Notes under the pieces: model-generated | Told to the model about the DNA's origin: nothing | The model's database searches: none | The model's input: the letters and a program-made list of their open reading frames with translations, nothing else | Made by a program: the position numbers and the translations under genes | Assembly (NCBI GenBank): GCA_963706795.1 | Contig: OY970170.1 | Span: 90,001 to 122,000, forward strand | Direction of reading: 5' to 3' | Length of the DNA stretch: 32,000 nucleotides | Source: Candidatus Saccharimonadota bacterium | GTDB lineage: Bacteria; Patescibacteriota; Gracilibacteria; BD1-5; UBA2023 | Shown: in pieces, positions 10,278 to 20,686 of the stretch | How the letters are laid out: each line of letters opens with the position of its first letter | Position numbering within the stretch: position 1 is the first letter of the stretch

Positions 10278-10316
10278 AAACCCTCCGGAGCTCGTCAGAG
10301 CGAAGGAGGGTTTTTT
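10278..10316 (+). terminator. Rho-independent terminator after ybaB
   Basis: CCCTCC (10281-10286) pairs with GGAGGG (10305-10310), with inner GCTC/GAGC pairing and a T6 run at 10311-10316. It is nearly the same sequence module as the rpoC terminator. Confidence 0.8.
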
Positions 10317-10453
10317 ATATGTTTCAGATTTTAAAAACATCTTTTGCAGCTCAAATTTCAATTAAGAAAGATTTTTAAAAAATCACAAAAATAATTAAGA
10401 AATAATTAATAATCGTAATGTATACTTTGCGAGTTTTATAAACTCATCCACTC

Positions 10454-11152
10454 ATGCAGAAAATACCATTGGCATTTATTACAGTGCTTTGTCTCCTTGG
10501 ACTCACCTCATGCAACAACATTTTTAAGAATCAGACAGATAGCTGACCAGACGAAAAAGCAACAGCTATCAAAGCACTCTCGACCGAATATATAAAAAAT
10601 GTGCAGCCCGTAGACTTCTCGCTCACATATACAGGTTTTATCCTCGAACCATTTACCCAAAGCAGTACACTGACGCTCTCAGGCTGAACGATCTACAACA
10701 AAGACAAATCACAAAGCGGCATGCTCACGCAGGAAGTCTGAGCTAATCTCTATAAAAAATGATCGAACTGGTACTACGATCGATCGAATATACTCCGAAG
10801 TCCCACCGGTGATAGACAAGATCTCACCCCAGAAAAAACAGAATCCATCAAACTCAATTTTGTTCCCTGATTCACAAAAATGCGTCTCCTCTGAAAAGAC
10901 TACGCATTCAACGAAGCAAATCTCACTAAGAATGGCCAGATATTCGACCTTACAATTTCACTTAATAAATGAGAAGCTACCGTCATTCAGTTAGAAAACT
11001 CCAAAGAAAAAGCAAACCGACAAGCCCTCTTTGATGAATACGACAAAAGGGTTGCCGCCATCAAATCCAAGTACATGTCCGACCCCTACACGATGAATTC
11101 CCTCATCGACGAGCTCAACAAGGCCTACCAACTCGACGCAACAAAATTCTAA
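10454..11152 (+). CDS. Putative lipoprotein (232 aa), continuous only if TGA=Gly
   Basis: MQKIPLAFITVLCLLGLTSC is a signal peptide with a lipobox-like Cys. The frame is open to TAA 11150-11152, with 7 in-frame TGA (10544, 10685, 10739, 10760, 10868, 10892, 10970). Under the standard code no ORF of 60 aa or more appears in this frame, so the whole gene is fragmented and missed. Confidence 0.65.
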
Positions 11153-11169
11153 ATATTCATTCTTCTCAT

Positions 11170-12300
11170 ATGAAAAAATTTCTTCTCTTTGTCGGATTTA
11201 TTCTCTCGGTATCAATCGCTCATACCTCGTTCGCAGCATCGAGTATGTTGGATTATACGTATATTGATTGTCATGCAGGAAATGACACAACTGCTGAACC
11301 ATTCAATAGTACAAAGCCTTATAACACCCTTTATGCAGGCATATACTCTAGCATCAATTATATCAACGGTTTTTGGAATATTCCTGCTCAGGCACAAAAC
11401 GTACTTGGAAAGAGATTCGTTATTAAAGTAAAGGCTGGATGCGTATTTGATGGACTGAGTCAAAATGGGTACATACCCCTTTACTTCAATGGGAATGTCT
11501 ACAAAAATGATCTACTCATAACATCATCTGATGAAAATAAAACATTTGGTGTTCAATCAATCTACCTCTATGACGGCGGGTACACAACAAGTGGCTTGGT
11601 GTTTAAAAATGTAGATTTTATGGCTTCGTTAAATAATAGTTCATATATCTATCTAAATAATTCACAATGAAGCACCATACAGAATAGTATCATTCGCTGT
11701 AAGACGTTCGCTTGTATAAATAATTCAGGCTCTAGTAACTCAAATATTATTGTAGATAATTCAATCATTAAAATCACCTCAACAAATACTGCTTGAGACA
11801 CTATTTTCCATGTGCCATGAATTATTCGAAATTCTAAAATTGAATACACAGTTGCCAATGGAGCAACAAGCCGTCTAGTATTTGGATGAATCACAAGTAA
11901 AGTACAACTTATGCTTTGAAACATTATTGATGCCTGAAATCAAGAAGTAGCGATAAGTTGACCAGATGCAATAACAAACAAATTTACGAATATCAAAAAA
12001 CTCAGTCCAGGTCCAATTTTTGCAAATAATACAGTCCAAAATACACAGCCGATTACTGTATCAAACTGACAATATACAATAAACAATGTATTTACGGGCG
12101 GATACACAGACTCCTACGATCCATCAAATCTACGTAGAAATTTTAGTTCAGCTCAGACTACAGGTGGCGTAGGTTGGCTCTATCAGAAAGCTCTTGGAAC
12201 GATGCTGGAGTCCAATTTTACTGACCGATCACTCTACCAGCAATACACAGGAAATACTATGGGTGACACAAGTTCGCCAATTTATCTCATGTTCCGATAA
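11170..12300 (+). CDS. Secreted Asn/Ser/Thr-rich protein (376 aa), possibly a parallel beta-helix
   Basis: Signal peptide MKKFLLFVGFILSVSIAHTSFA. Track ORF 11170..11670 extends through 8 in-frame TGA (11668, 11794, 11818, 11887, 11917, 11935, 11959, 12067) to TAA 12298-12300. Recurrent turns such as IQNSIIRC, VDNSIIKI and IRNSKIEY suggest beta-helix coils. That fold assignment is inference only. Confidence 0.7.
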
Positions 12301-12341
12301 ATCTAGAAAGTGTAAGAATTTTATAAACTTCACCTTTCTCT

Positions 12342-15300
12342 ATGTTTTCGCTCAAGAGGAATATTTCATGGATTACAATCGGCACGGTATTGTCGCTGGT
12401 CATCAGTTTCAATGTATTTGCCGTAGACTACGCAAATACAATCGGAATATATGGGACTTGATTCAACAATACACTGGATGCTGATGCCAATCTTATTTCG
12501 TCCGATTATTTCACGGGATATGTCGGGGATTACTGAACCAAGTACACTCCTCCACTATTCAATCCAGAGGAATCAAATCTCGTGATGAGTAATTTTACTG
12601 GGGTAATATGAGACTACGGAAGCAAATTTTTGCTTACAGAAGCATCTGGAAGCCTACTAAGCATAAACGATTTCAAGGGAACAATTGGTGACTATGGTTC
12701 AAAATTTGATCTCAATCTTCCAACAGGCCCACTACTCAGTTTCAATCAGTTCACTGGTAGTATCTGAGACTATGGTACTCAGTTTAGTAATACCCTCGAT
12801 CCATCAGTAAATTTATTACCTAAGGCAAAATTTACTGGTTATATTGGTGCGTATCAGGACGCCCCTCGCCTTTCGCAGTTCACCTCAGGTCGCGTAGACA
12901 AGCTGGATTTTCAGCTTGCAGCCGCTTCATCCGATCCCGAAAGCACAAAATGAATCCGCACACCAAATATTCATGCGGCAAAAAAACAAATAACAGAAGC
13001 GAGAAATGAGGTTGATCCCGTAGAGCTCTCCACAGGAGAATTCGTCTACGATAATACCCTCATGCAGTTCCCAAGCACGGGACTTGGGTACAATTTCAGT
13101 ATCAAATACCGCTCGCAGGTATCGTTCACTGGATCACTGGGTTATAATTGGACACACACATATGACAGAAAACTCTATCAGAACGCTGATGCCTCGGTAA
13201 CTTACCAAGATGGCGATGGAGCAATGCATACTTTCAAACCTTCGAGTGATGGATACGAATACCTCACTGGGTACGAAGCAAATCTCTCAAAGACTTCGTC
13301 TGGAGGATATTTGATCACATTCAAGAACGGAAACACAGAAACCTTCAACGATCAAGGTCTTACAACTCAGAGTGCAGATGCGAACGGGAATACTCTCACG
13401 TATTCGTACAACACACTCGGACAACTCACACTCGTACAAGATCGTTTCGGACGCACTGCGACATACGAATATACCGCTGCAGGATATATCTCTCGGGTAA
13501 CTGACAATACTGGAAGATCCGTGATACTTGCTTACTACGACGGAACAACCGCGGATGGATACGACGGAGATCTCAAGTCCATCATCTTGCATAATTCTGA
13601 AACGAGTGAGAAGACGATCGGATTCACGTATTTCAAATCCTCAGATCCAAGCCTTGCACACAACCTCATCTCACTCATCGATTCGAAGGGGCAAATCTAC
13701 GTCACAAATACATACGATACCAACGACCGCGTCCTCTCACAACACTACGGAGACGGGACTGGAAGCTTCGAATACACACTCGCAGATATCCATGCCGACG
13801 ATACACCAGCAAGCATCGGAAGCGGTGCAGTGATCGGGCAATATATCGTGAAAAACCATGCCACTGACAAGGAAGGAAATATCACTGAGTACACATACAA
13901 CCGCCTCGGTAATGTCATCAAGAAGGAAGTATTCGCAAAAGATGGTACAAGTAGCAATATCACCCGCTACACCTACGACACCGTTTGACGCATCACTGCC
14001 GAGATTTTCCCACGTGGGAATGGAACGGCATGGGGATACAACACTGCAGGTAAGAAAATCGAAGCACGACAGAAATCAGATATTTCAGCACCAAACAATG
14101 ACTCGCAGGATATCATCACACGATATTCTTACGATGCTACGACGAACAAACTGCTTACCACTACCCTTCCAGACGGCAGTGTCATCACAAATACATACGA
14201 CTCACGAGGCAATCTCACACGAGTCACTCAGGGCGGCGTAGTTCTCGCTCTTGGAGGATCGATGAACACGATCGCACAGGCATTTGTATACTCAGACCGC
14301 GGAGAAATACTCTCGACACAGGACGCAGAGGGGAACTTCACACAGTTTGCGTATTCGGGTGCAAACGTGATCCAAAAAACAACTGGATCATGAGCGAGTA
14401 CCATCACAGAATCATATTCCTATGATACTCACGGGAATCGCACCAGTCTCAAAGATGGTGAAAATAATACTACTGCCTACGAATACGATCCATTCGATCG
14501 TCTCATCTCAACTACCAGTCCAAAGTGAGTTCGTACCGAATACGGCTACGATGCGAACAACAACCGCCTCTTTGAGCGAGTACTCATGGGTACTGGTAAA
14601 ATTACCCAGACTCAATACACCTATGATATCCTCGATCAGGTCATCACAAAAACATCCGACATCGACACAACTCACACGCTCGCCGAGCGCACCACCTACA
14701 CGAAGAACGGAAAACCAAAAACCCTCACGATCGAAGGAGGTCCAACTAAGACATTTGTATATTCTCCAGATGAGAAAATCATCTCCGAGACCCTGAGTGC
14801 ATCTGGGATGACTTCAGCGGTCACGACCTACGAATACGATGCAAACAGCAATCCGATCAAGATCACTGATCCGCTCGGACGTATTACACGATCAGAATAC
14901 GATGGATTCGATCATCTGATCAAGACTATTTCACCAAGTGGAGTGAATACACTCTATAGCTATGACGTGCTTTGAAATCTCTCAAAAACTGAGACCCTCT
15001 CCCCTACTGGAGTTCGTCTGAGCCTGAGTGAAACCGTGACAAATTCTCTGAAGAAACCACTTGCGCAAACCCTCTACCAACTCGACATTCAAGGGAATGT
15101 TATCGCCTGAGCTGCGCACCGTACTCAGAAGTTCGCCTACAACAAAAACTCAGCCGTCATCCTCGAGACCAATCCACTTGGGGGAGTTACCAGCTCACAG
15201 TACAATTCACTCGGACAGCTCACGAGCAAAGTCGACCCCACGAATACCACGACCACCTATGCCTACAATCCTCGCGGTCTTGTCGCTCAGGAAACTACGA

Positions 15301-18122
15301 GTCTTTCTGGTGTAACACAGACTCGCACCACCTATGGATACGATCTCGACGGTCGCATGATCCAGTCGACTCGCTACGATGATCAAACTCCCGTCACAAC
15401 GCAGGTGACCTACGATGCGCTTGGTAATCCCCTCTCCCAGACCGACCCAGCAGGCAATATCACAACCCGCACTTTTGACCTGCGTGGTAAACTCCTCTCT
15501 GAGTCACAGAGTCTCTCAGGTGCACTCGTAACTACCAGCTACGAATACGATATCCTCGGCAACAAAACCAAGCTCATCGATCCAAAGTGAAATGCCACCA
15601 TCTACACCTACGACGGATTCGGTCGCAAAACTCAGGACACGCTTCCTGATGGATCGAAGACGTATTTCACCTACGATCTAGCGAACCAGCTCACCCAAAA
15701 GATCGACCCTAATGGTTCGGTATTTCATCAGACCTTTGACCTCGAAGGCCGCCTCACCGAGCGCACGATCGAGCGTGCCGCAGGTGTTGCAGGTGTAAAT
15801 AGTGAAACCTTCACCTACGACGCCCTGGGACGACTCACGAACACGAGCGACAACCTCGGTCACACCGTCGCACTCAAATATGATTCCCTCGGCAACAAAC
15901 TCGAGGAACTCAGCAACGGTCGCACGATCACGAACACATATAATCCTGCAGGAAATGCCCTCACGATAGGACTTCCTTCTGGCAAAAATATTACTCAGAC
16001 TTTTGACAATATCGGTCGTCTCACACATGTCGCAACGAATACTGGAGCGATTATCGACTACCAGTTTTCGGGAAATACGCTCACGAATACTCTCTACGGT
16101 AATGGAGTTACCCAATCACGCACCTACGATGGACTCATGCGTCTGGGGTCACTCAATGCAACCGCTTCATGAGCCACGAATATCAACCGCATCTACACCT
16201 ACGATAGCCTCGACAATATCCTCACTGATAGCCAAAGTACACACACCTACGATGCACTTTCTCGCCTCACGAGTTCGACTTCGAGTGTCCTTCCTATGGC
16301 CACTTCGAGCTTCAACTACGATATATCAGGCAATCGTACTACGCAACAAGCAACCAATGCACCACAGACGCTCTACGAGACTAATACACTCGATCAATAT
16401 ACTACCCTCTCAGGTACGAATACCGGCGTACTTCGTTATGATCTCAATGGAAATCTCCTAGAAAATACTCGATTTGTCTTCGTATATGATGCTCACAATC
16501 GACTGGTTTCGGTGAGCGAAAAGGTGGTAGATATCGTACCTCCTGCGACTGGAAGTGGCTCGACGGGAACTGGTTCTACTGGAAGCGGAGAAACCAGCAC
16601 GGGTTCTACGAATTCGGGAACTACAAACGAAACAGGAACTGGAACATGATCAACTGGAAGTGGATCGACTGGATCGGGAGAAATCCTTCCAGAGACGGGA
16701 ACTGGAAGTGAGAGTGGGACAGGTTCACAGAATTCTTCAGGAAGTACGTCATCAGGTATGACTTCAACGGGCGGGACACAGACAGGAAGCACCGAAACAG
16801 GATCGACTTCAACAGGTTCAACAGAAAGTGGTAGCACTTCCCTACCTGAGACGAATACAGGCGGGACTTCTACTGGTGAAACTGGAACAGGAAGTGGTAA
16901 TCTCACAGGCTCAGGCGTATCTGTCATTCCTGAGGTAGTGACAATCGGTTCAATCGAAGAAACGGGGACTGGAACGAATACTGGAAGTGGATACGCACTC
17001 CGACTGGTCGCCACATATAGTTATGACACTCTTGGTCGAAGACTCAGTAAGGATGTTGGACCAAAGCATGTAGAATATGCATATTCAGGAGAACAGCTCA
17101 TGTTTGAACGTGTGAGTGAGAATGGAGTGAGTGTAGATGCTGAATATGTATACGGTATCGGAGGAATGGACGATGTAATAGCTTCTGTGTCTTCTTCTGG
17201 AGATGTGAGGTATTTCTTACATGATCATCTGGGATCGACGGTTGGAGTGATGGATGGAAGTGGAGGGATGATTCAGGAGTATGCGTATGGAGTATTTGGG
17301 GATGTGCATGTGAAGAGTGGAAGTGGAGGGTTTGTGAGTGGTAGTTCGCTTATTACTTCGAGACTATTCACTGGAAGAGAATATGATGCGGAGACTGGAT
17401 TGTATTATTACAGAGCAAGAACGTATGATGCTGCTTTGGGTAGATTCTTGCAGAGAGATCCGATTGGGACGGATGATCAGGTGAATATGTATACGTATGT
17501 GAGGAATAATCCAATGAAGTGGGTTGATCCGAGTGGGATGAGTACAAAAGAGTTTATTGCAAAACACGATGCAACATCACTTTTGGAAAAATATATGAAT
17601 GATGCGCGAGACGAACTTAGTTTCGGATGAGTATTTCCAAAATGGGGGTACTCACAAATCGATTATGGCGTATGATCATTTTCAGCAAAAAAATGGAACA
17701 TAAAATATAACGTAGATTTCCAGACTCTTGCATTTGATCCTTCGAATAACAATCAATCTTGTGCGACCTATGGAAATAATTGAGCATGATGATGCAAAGT
17801 ATACATTGAGTGAGAATCTGTCGAACTCTCAGAATTATGAAATTTTCTAATTTGATATAATTGAGTTTACGCAGGTTATACCCTAAACGATCCTGATAAC
17901 GTTGCAGATATTTATAAATCGGGGATGTTTGTAGAATACAATTTAACAAATGAAAAATGAACAGATAGAACAAGGGAAGCTGCACTAAACGATGAGCTAC
18001 AGGATCGCAAATGGTATGATATTGGCTACAAAAAATGAGCCAGGGAAATGACTGCAAAATGGGGATTTCAGAGAGATCAAATATCACTCAAAGAGGCTAT
18101 TATTTATTGAAACACCCGCTAA
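12342..18122 (+). CDS. Rhs/YD-repeat polymorphic toxin with an N-terminal Sec signal peptide (1926 aa)
   Basis: A single frame (codon starts divisible by 3) is open from ATG 12342 to TAA 18120-18122 when 25 in-frame TGA are read as Gly. Signal peptide MFSLKRNISWITIGTVLSLVISFNVFA. There are dozens of YD repeats (YxYDxxG[RN]L). The Rhs core end reads RFLQRDPIGTDDQVNMYTYVRNNPMKWVDPSGM and is followed by a 193-codon C-terminal tip (CT1, 17541-18119). Confidence 0.9.
12432..12890 (+). repeat. Six tandem repeats of about 26 aa, F-[TK]-G-x-[IV]-G-D-Y-G-[ST]-[KQ]-F, in the Rhs N-terminal region
   Basis: The units are TIGIYGTGF, FTGYVGDYGTKY, FTGVIGDYGSKF, FKGTIGDYGSKF, FTGSIGDYGTQF and FTGYIGAYQD. 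Equivalent Gly positions are encoded by GGN in some units and TGA in others (12459, 12534, 12609, 12765). Confidence 0.8.
16545..16992 (+). repeat. Gly/Ser/Thr-rich low-complexity insert (about 150 aa) inside the Rhs repeat region
   Basis: Degenerate short tandem DNA repeats (actggaagtgg/tcgac-type) encode TGSGSTGTGSTGSGETSTGSTNSG...GTSTGETGTGSGNLTGSG. They lie between YDAHNRLVSVSEK and ATYSYDTLGRRLSK. The minus-strand P/V-rich ORF 16493..17014 is its antisense shadow. Confidence 0.85.
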
Positions 18123-18123
18123 T

Positions 18124-18399
18124 ATGAAACAATCATTAAAGAAAATCAGAATAGCAATAATCTATTTGCTTGTAGTATTGCCGTTTCCATTTATTTATTA
18201 TGAATTGGGAATTTTCTTATTTACATTTAGTTATCAACATATCTTCATTTGTTCAACTCCAATGGGATATTGTGGCGAAGAAGAAATTAAGAGTCTGTTA
18301 TTTTCAATAGTCACAGCTACAATATTTATCTCAGTAATATATTACTTGGTATTTCGCATACTAAAGTGATACATCGATAGCAAATCAAAAGACATATAG
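18124..18399 (+). CDS. Small membrane protein (91 aa); candidate immunity protein for CT1
   Basis: The ATG lies 1 nt after the Rhs TAA (cgcTAAtATG). Hydrophobic segments IAIIYLLVVLPFPFIYYELGIFLFTF and LLFSIVTATIFISVIYYLVF. It reads through TGA 18367 to TAG 18397-18399. Confidence 0.6.
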
Positions 18400-18419
18400 G
18401 TATATATTGGACAAAGATT

Positions 18420-18890
18420 ATGCAAAAAATTACATTCCTTCTGTTTAGCACTCTTTTAGCACTAGTACTTATTAAGTTTACTTTTAGTTTATTCAAGGAA
18501 AGCCCTGTTAACCTTGCCATAACAACAAATAATACTGATGCTCAGACTTTAGAAGGTTTTCTTGCAGAGCTCAAAGCCTCTGGACTTATTTGTGAGGATA
18601 GCGGACAAGTAACTTTTTATATCTTGGATAATACTAAGTCTAAGGTAGTAGGTAAGGCGACCTGAGATACAGAATCAAAGATCATAGGAATGTGCAAGAA
18701 ATATTGAATTGCCGAAATATGGAAACAGAATGATTATATACTCTTCTCAATGCTTGGTCCTATTAGATGACATGGATTTCTACGTTACTATTCCGATAGG
18801 ATTCCAAAAGATATACAAGACAAAGGAGTAGACGGCGAGCTCAAAGCAGTAAATTCGAATTGGATACTTGTTACACCAACTCCAAATTAA
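18420..18890 (+). CDS. Signal-anchored or secreted protein (156 aa), second gene of the CT1 cassette
   Basis: Begins MQKITFLLFSTLLALVLIKFTFSLF. Track ORF 18420..18665 extends through TGA 18663, 18705 and 18768 to TAA 18888-18890. No family recognised. Confidence 0.55.
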
Positions 18891-19918
18891 GACAGGCGCT
18901 CAGCAAAAAAACTGAGGATGAAGTAAATACAACTACTGAGTATGTATACGGTATCGGAGGAATGGATGATGTAGTAGCTTCTGTGTCTTCTTCGGGAGAT
19001 GTGAGGTATTTCTTACATGATCATCTGGGATCGACGGTAGGAGTGATGGATGAGAGTGGAGAGATGATTCAGGAGTATTCGTATGGAGTATTTGGGGATG
19101 TGCATGTGAAGAGTGGAAGTGGAGGGTTTGTGAGTGGTAGTTCGCTTATTACTTCGAGACTATTCACTGGAAGAGAATATGATGCGGAGACTGGATTGTA
19201 TTATTACAGAGCAAGAACGTATGATGCTGCTTTGGGTAGATTCTTGCAGAGAGATCCGATTGGGACGGATGATCAGGTGAATATGTATACGTATGTGAGG
19301 AATAATCCAATGAAGTGGGTTGATCCGAGTGGGATGAGTACAAAAGAGTTTATTGCAAAACACGATGCAACATCACTTTTGGAAAAATATATGAATGATG
19401 CGCGAGACGAACTTAGTTTCGGATGAGTATTTCCAAAATGGGGGTACTCACAAATCGATTATGGCGTATGATCATTTTCAGCAAAAAAATGGAACATAAA
19501 ATATAACGTAGATTTCCAGACTCTTGCATTTGATCCTTCGAATAACAATCAATCTTGTGCGACCTATGGAAATAATTGAGCATGATGATGCAAAGTATAC
19601 ATTGAGTGAGAATCTGTCGAACTCTCAGAATTATGAAATTTTCTAATTTGATATAATTGAGTTTACGCAGGTTATACCCTAAACGATCCTGATAACGTTG
19701 CAGATATTTATAAATCGGGGATGTTTGTAGAATACAATTTAACAAATGAAAAATGAACAGATAGAACAAGGGAAGCTGCACTAAACGATGAGCTACAGGA
19801 TCGCAAATGGTATGATATTGGCTACAAAAAATGAGCCAGGGAAATGACTGCAAAATGGGGATTTCAGAGAGATCAAATATCACTCAAAGAGGCTATTATT
19901 TATTGAAACACCCGCTAA
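18860..19918 (+). CDS. Orphan Rhs fragment 1: last ~130 aa of the Rhs core plus a toxin tip identical to CT1. No ATG start; probably silent
   Basis: Homology to the main gene begins at EYVYGIGGMDD (18940). The fragment contains the DPIG...DPSGM core end and then the same tip as 17541-18122. The frame is open only from 18800, the first ATG is internal, and TTG 18860 is the only possible start. TAA stop at 19916-19918. Confidence 0.6.
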
Positions 19919-19919
19919 T

Positions 19920-20195
19920 ATGAAACAATCATTAAAGAAAATCAGAATAGCAATAATCTATTTGCTTGTAGTATTGCCGTTTCCATTTATTTATTATGAA
20001 TTGGGAATTTTCTTATTTACATTTAGTTATCAACATATCTTCATTTGTTCAACTCCAATGGGATATTGTGGCGAAGAAGAAATTAAGAGTCTGTTATTTT
20101 CAATAGTCACAGCTACAATATTTATCTCAGTAATATATTACTTGGTATTTCGCATACTAAAGTGATACATCGATAGCAAATCAAAAGACATATAG
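19920..20195 (+). CDS. Duplicate copy of the 91-aa membrane protein (candidate CT1 immunity)
   Basis: Translation is identical to 18124..18399 at offset +1796. Confidence 0.6.
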
Positions 20196-20215
20196 GTATA
20201 TATTGGACAAAGATT

Positions 20216-20686
20216 ATGCAAAAAATTACATTCCTTCTGTTTAGCACTCTTTTAGCACTAGTACTTATTAAGTTTACTTTTAGTTTATTCAAGGAAAGCC
20301 CTGTTAACCTTGCCATAACAACAAATAATACTGATGCTCAGACTTTAGAAGGTTTTCTTGCAGAGCTCAAAGCCTCTGGACTTATTTGTGAGGATAGCGG
20401 ACAAGTAACTTTTTATATCTTGGATAATACTAAGTCTAAGGTAGTAGGTAAGGCGACCTGAGATACAGAATCAAAGATCATAGGAATGTGCAAGAAATAT
20501 TGAATTGCCGAAATATGGAAACAGAATGATTATATACTCTTCTCAATGCTTGGTCCTATTAGATGACATGGATTTCTACGTTACTATTCCGATAGGATTC
20601 CAAAAGATATACAAGACAAAGGAGTAGACGGCGAGCTCAAAGCAGTAAATTCGAATTGGATACTTGTTACACCAACTCCAAATTAA
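20216..20686 (+). CDS. Duplicate copy of the 156-aa signal-anchored protein
   Basis: Translation is identical to 18420..18890 at offset +1796. Confidence 0.55.

Noticed and set aside
16493-17014. A 173-aa Pro/Val-rich minus-strand ORF
   Set aside because: It is the reverse-complement reading of the Gly/Ser/Thr-rich repeat tract inside the Rhs gene (GGN, AGT and ACN codons read backwards give Pro, Thr and Val). It is a shadow ORF.
17617-18087. A 156-aa minus-strand ORF, duplicated exactly at 19413..19883, which could be taken for a repeated mobile-element gene such as a transposase
   Set aside because: It lies antisense to the Rhs toxin tip, which reads cleanly on the plus strand under table 25. 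Its sequence is Cys/Ile/Leu/Phe-rich with no transposase motifs (no DDE or HTH pattern). I saw no terminal inverted repeats or target duplications. The duplication is explained by the 1796-bp cassette repeat.
12342-18122. T6SS-delivered Rhs effector
   Set aside because: There is no PAAR, VgrG, Hcp or other T6SS gene in the window, and the protein has a classical N-terminal signal peptide. The Sec-dependent WapA-like model fits better.
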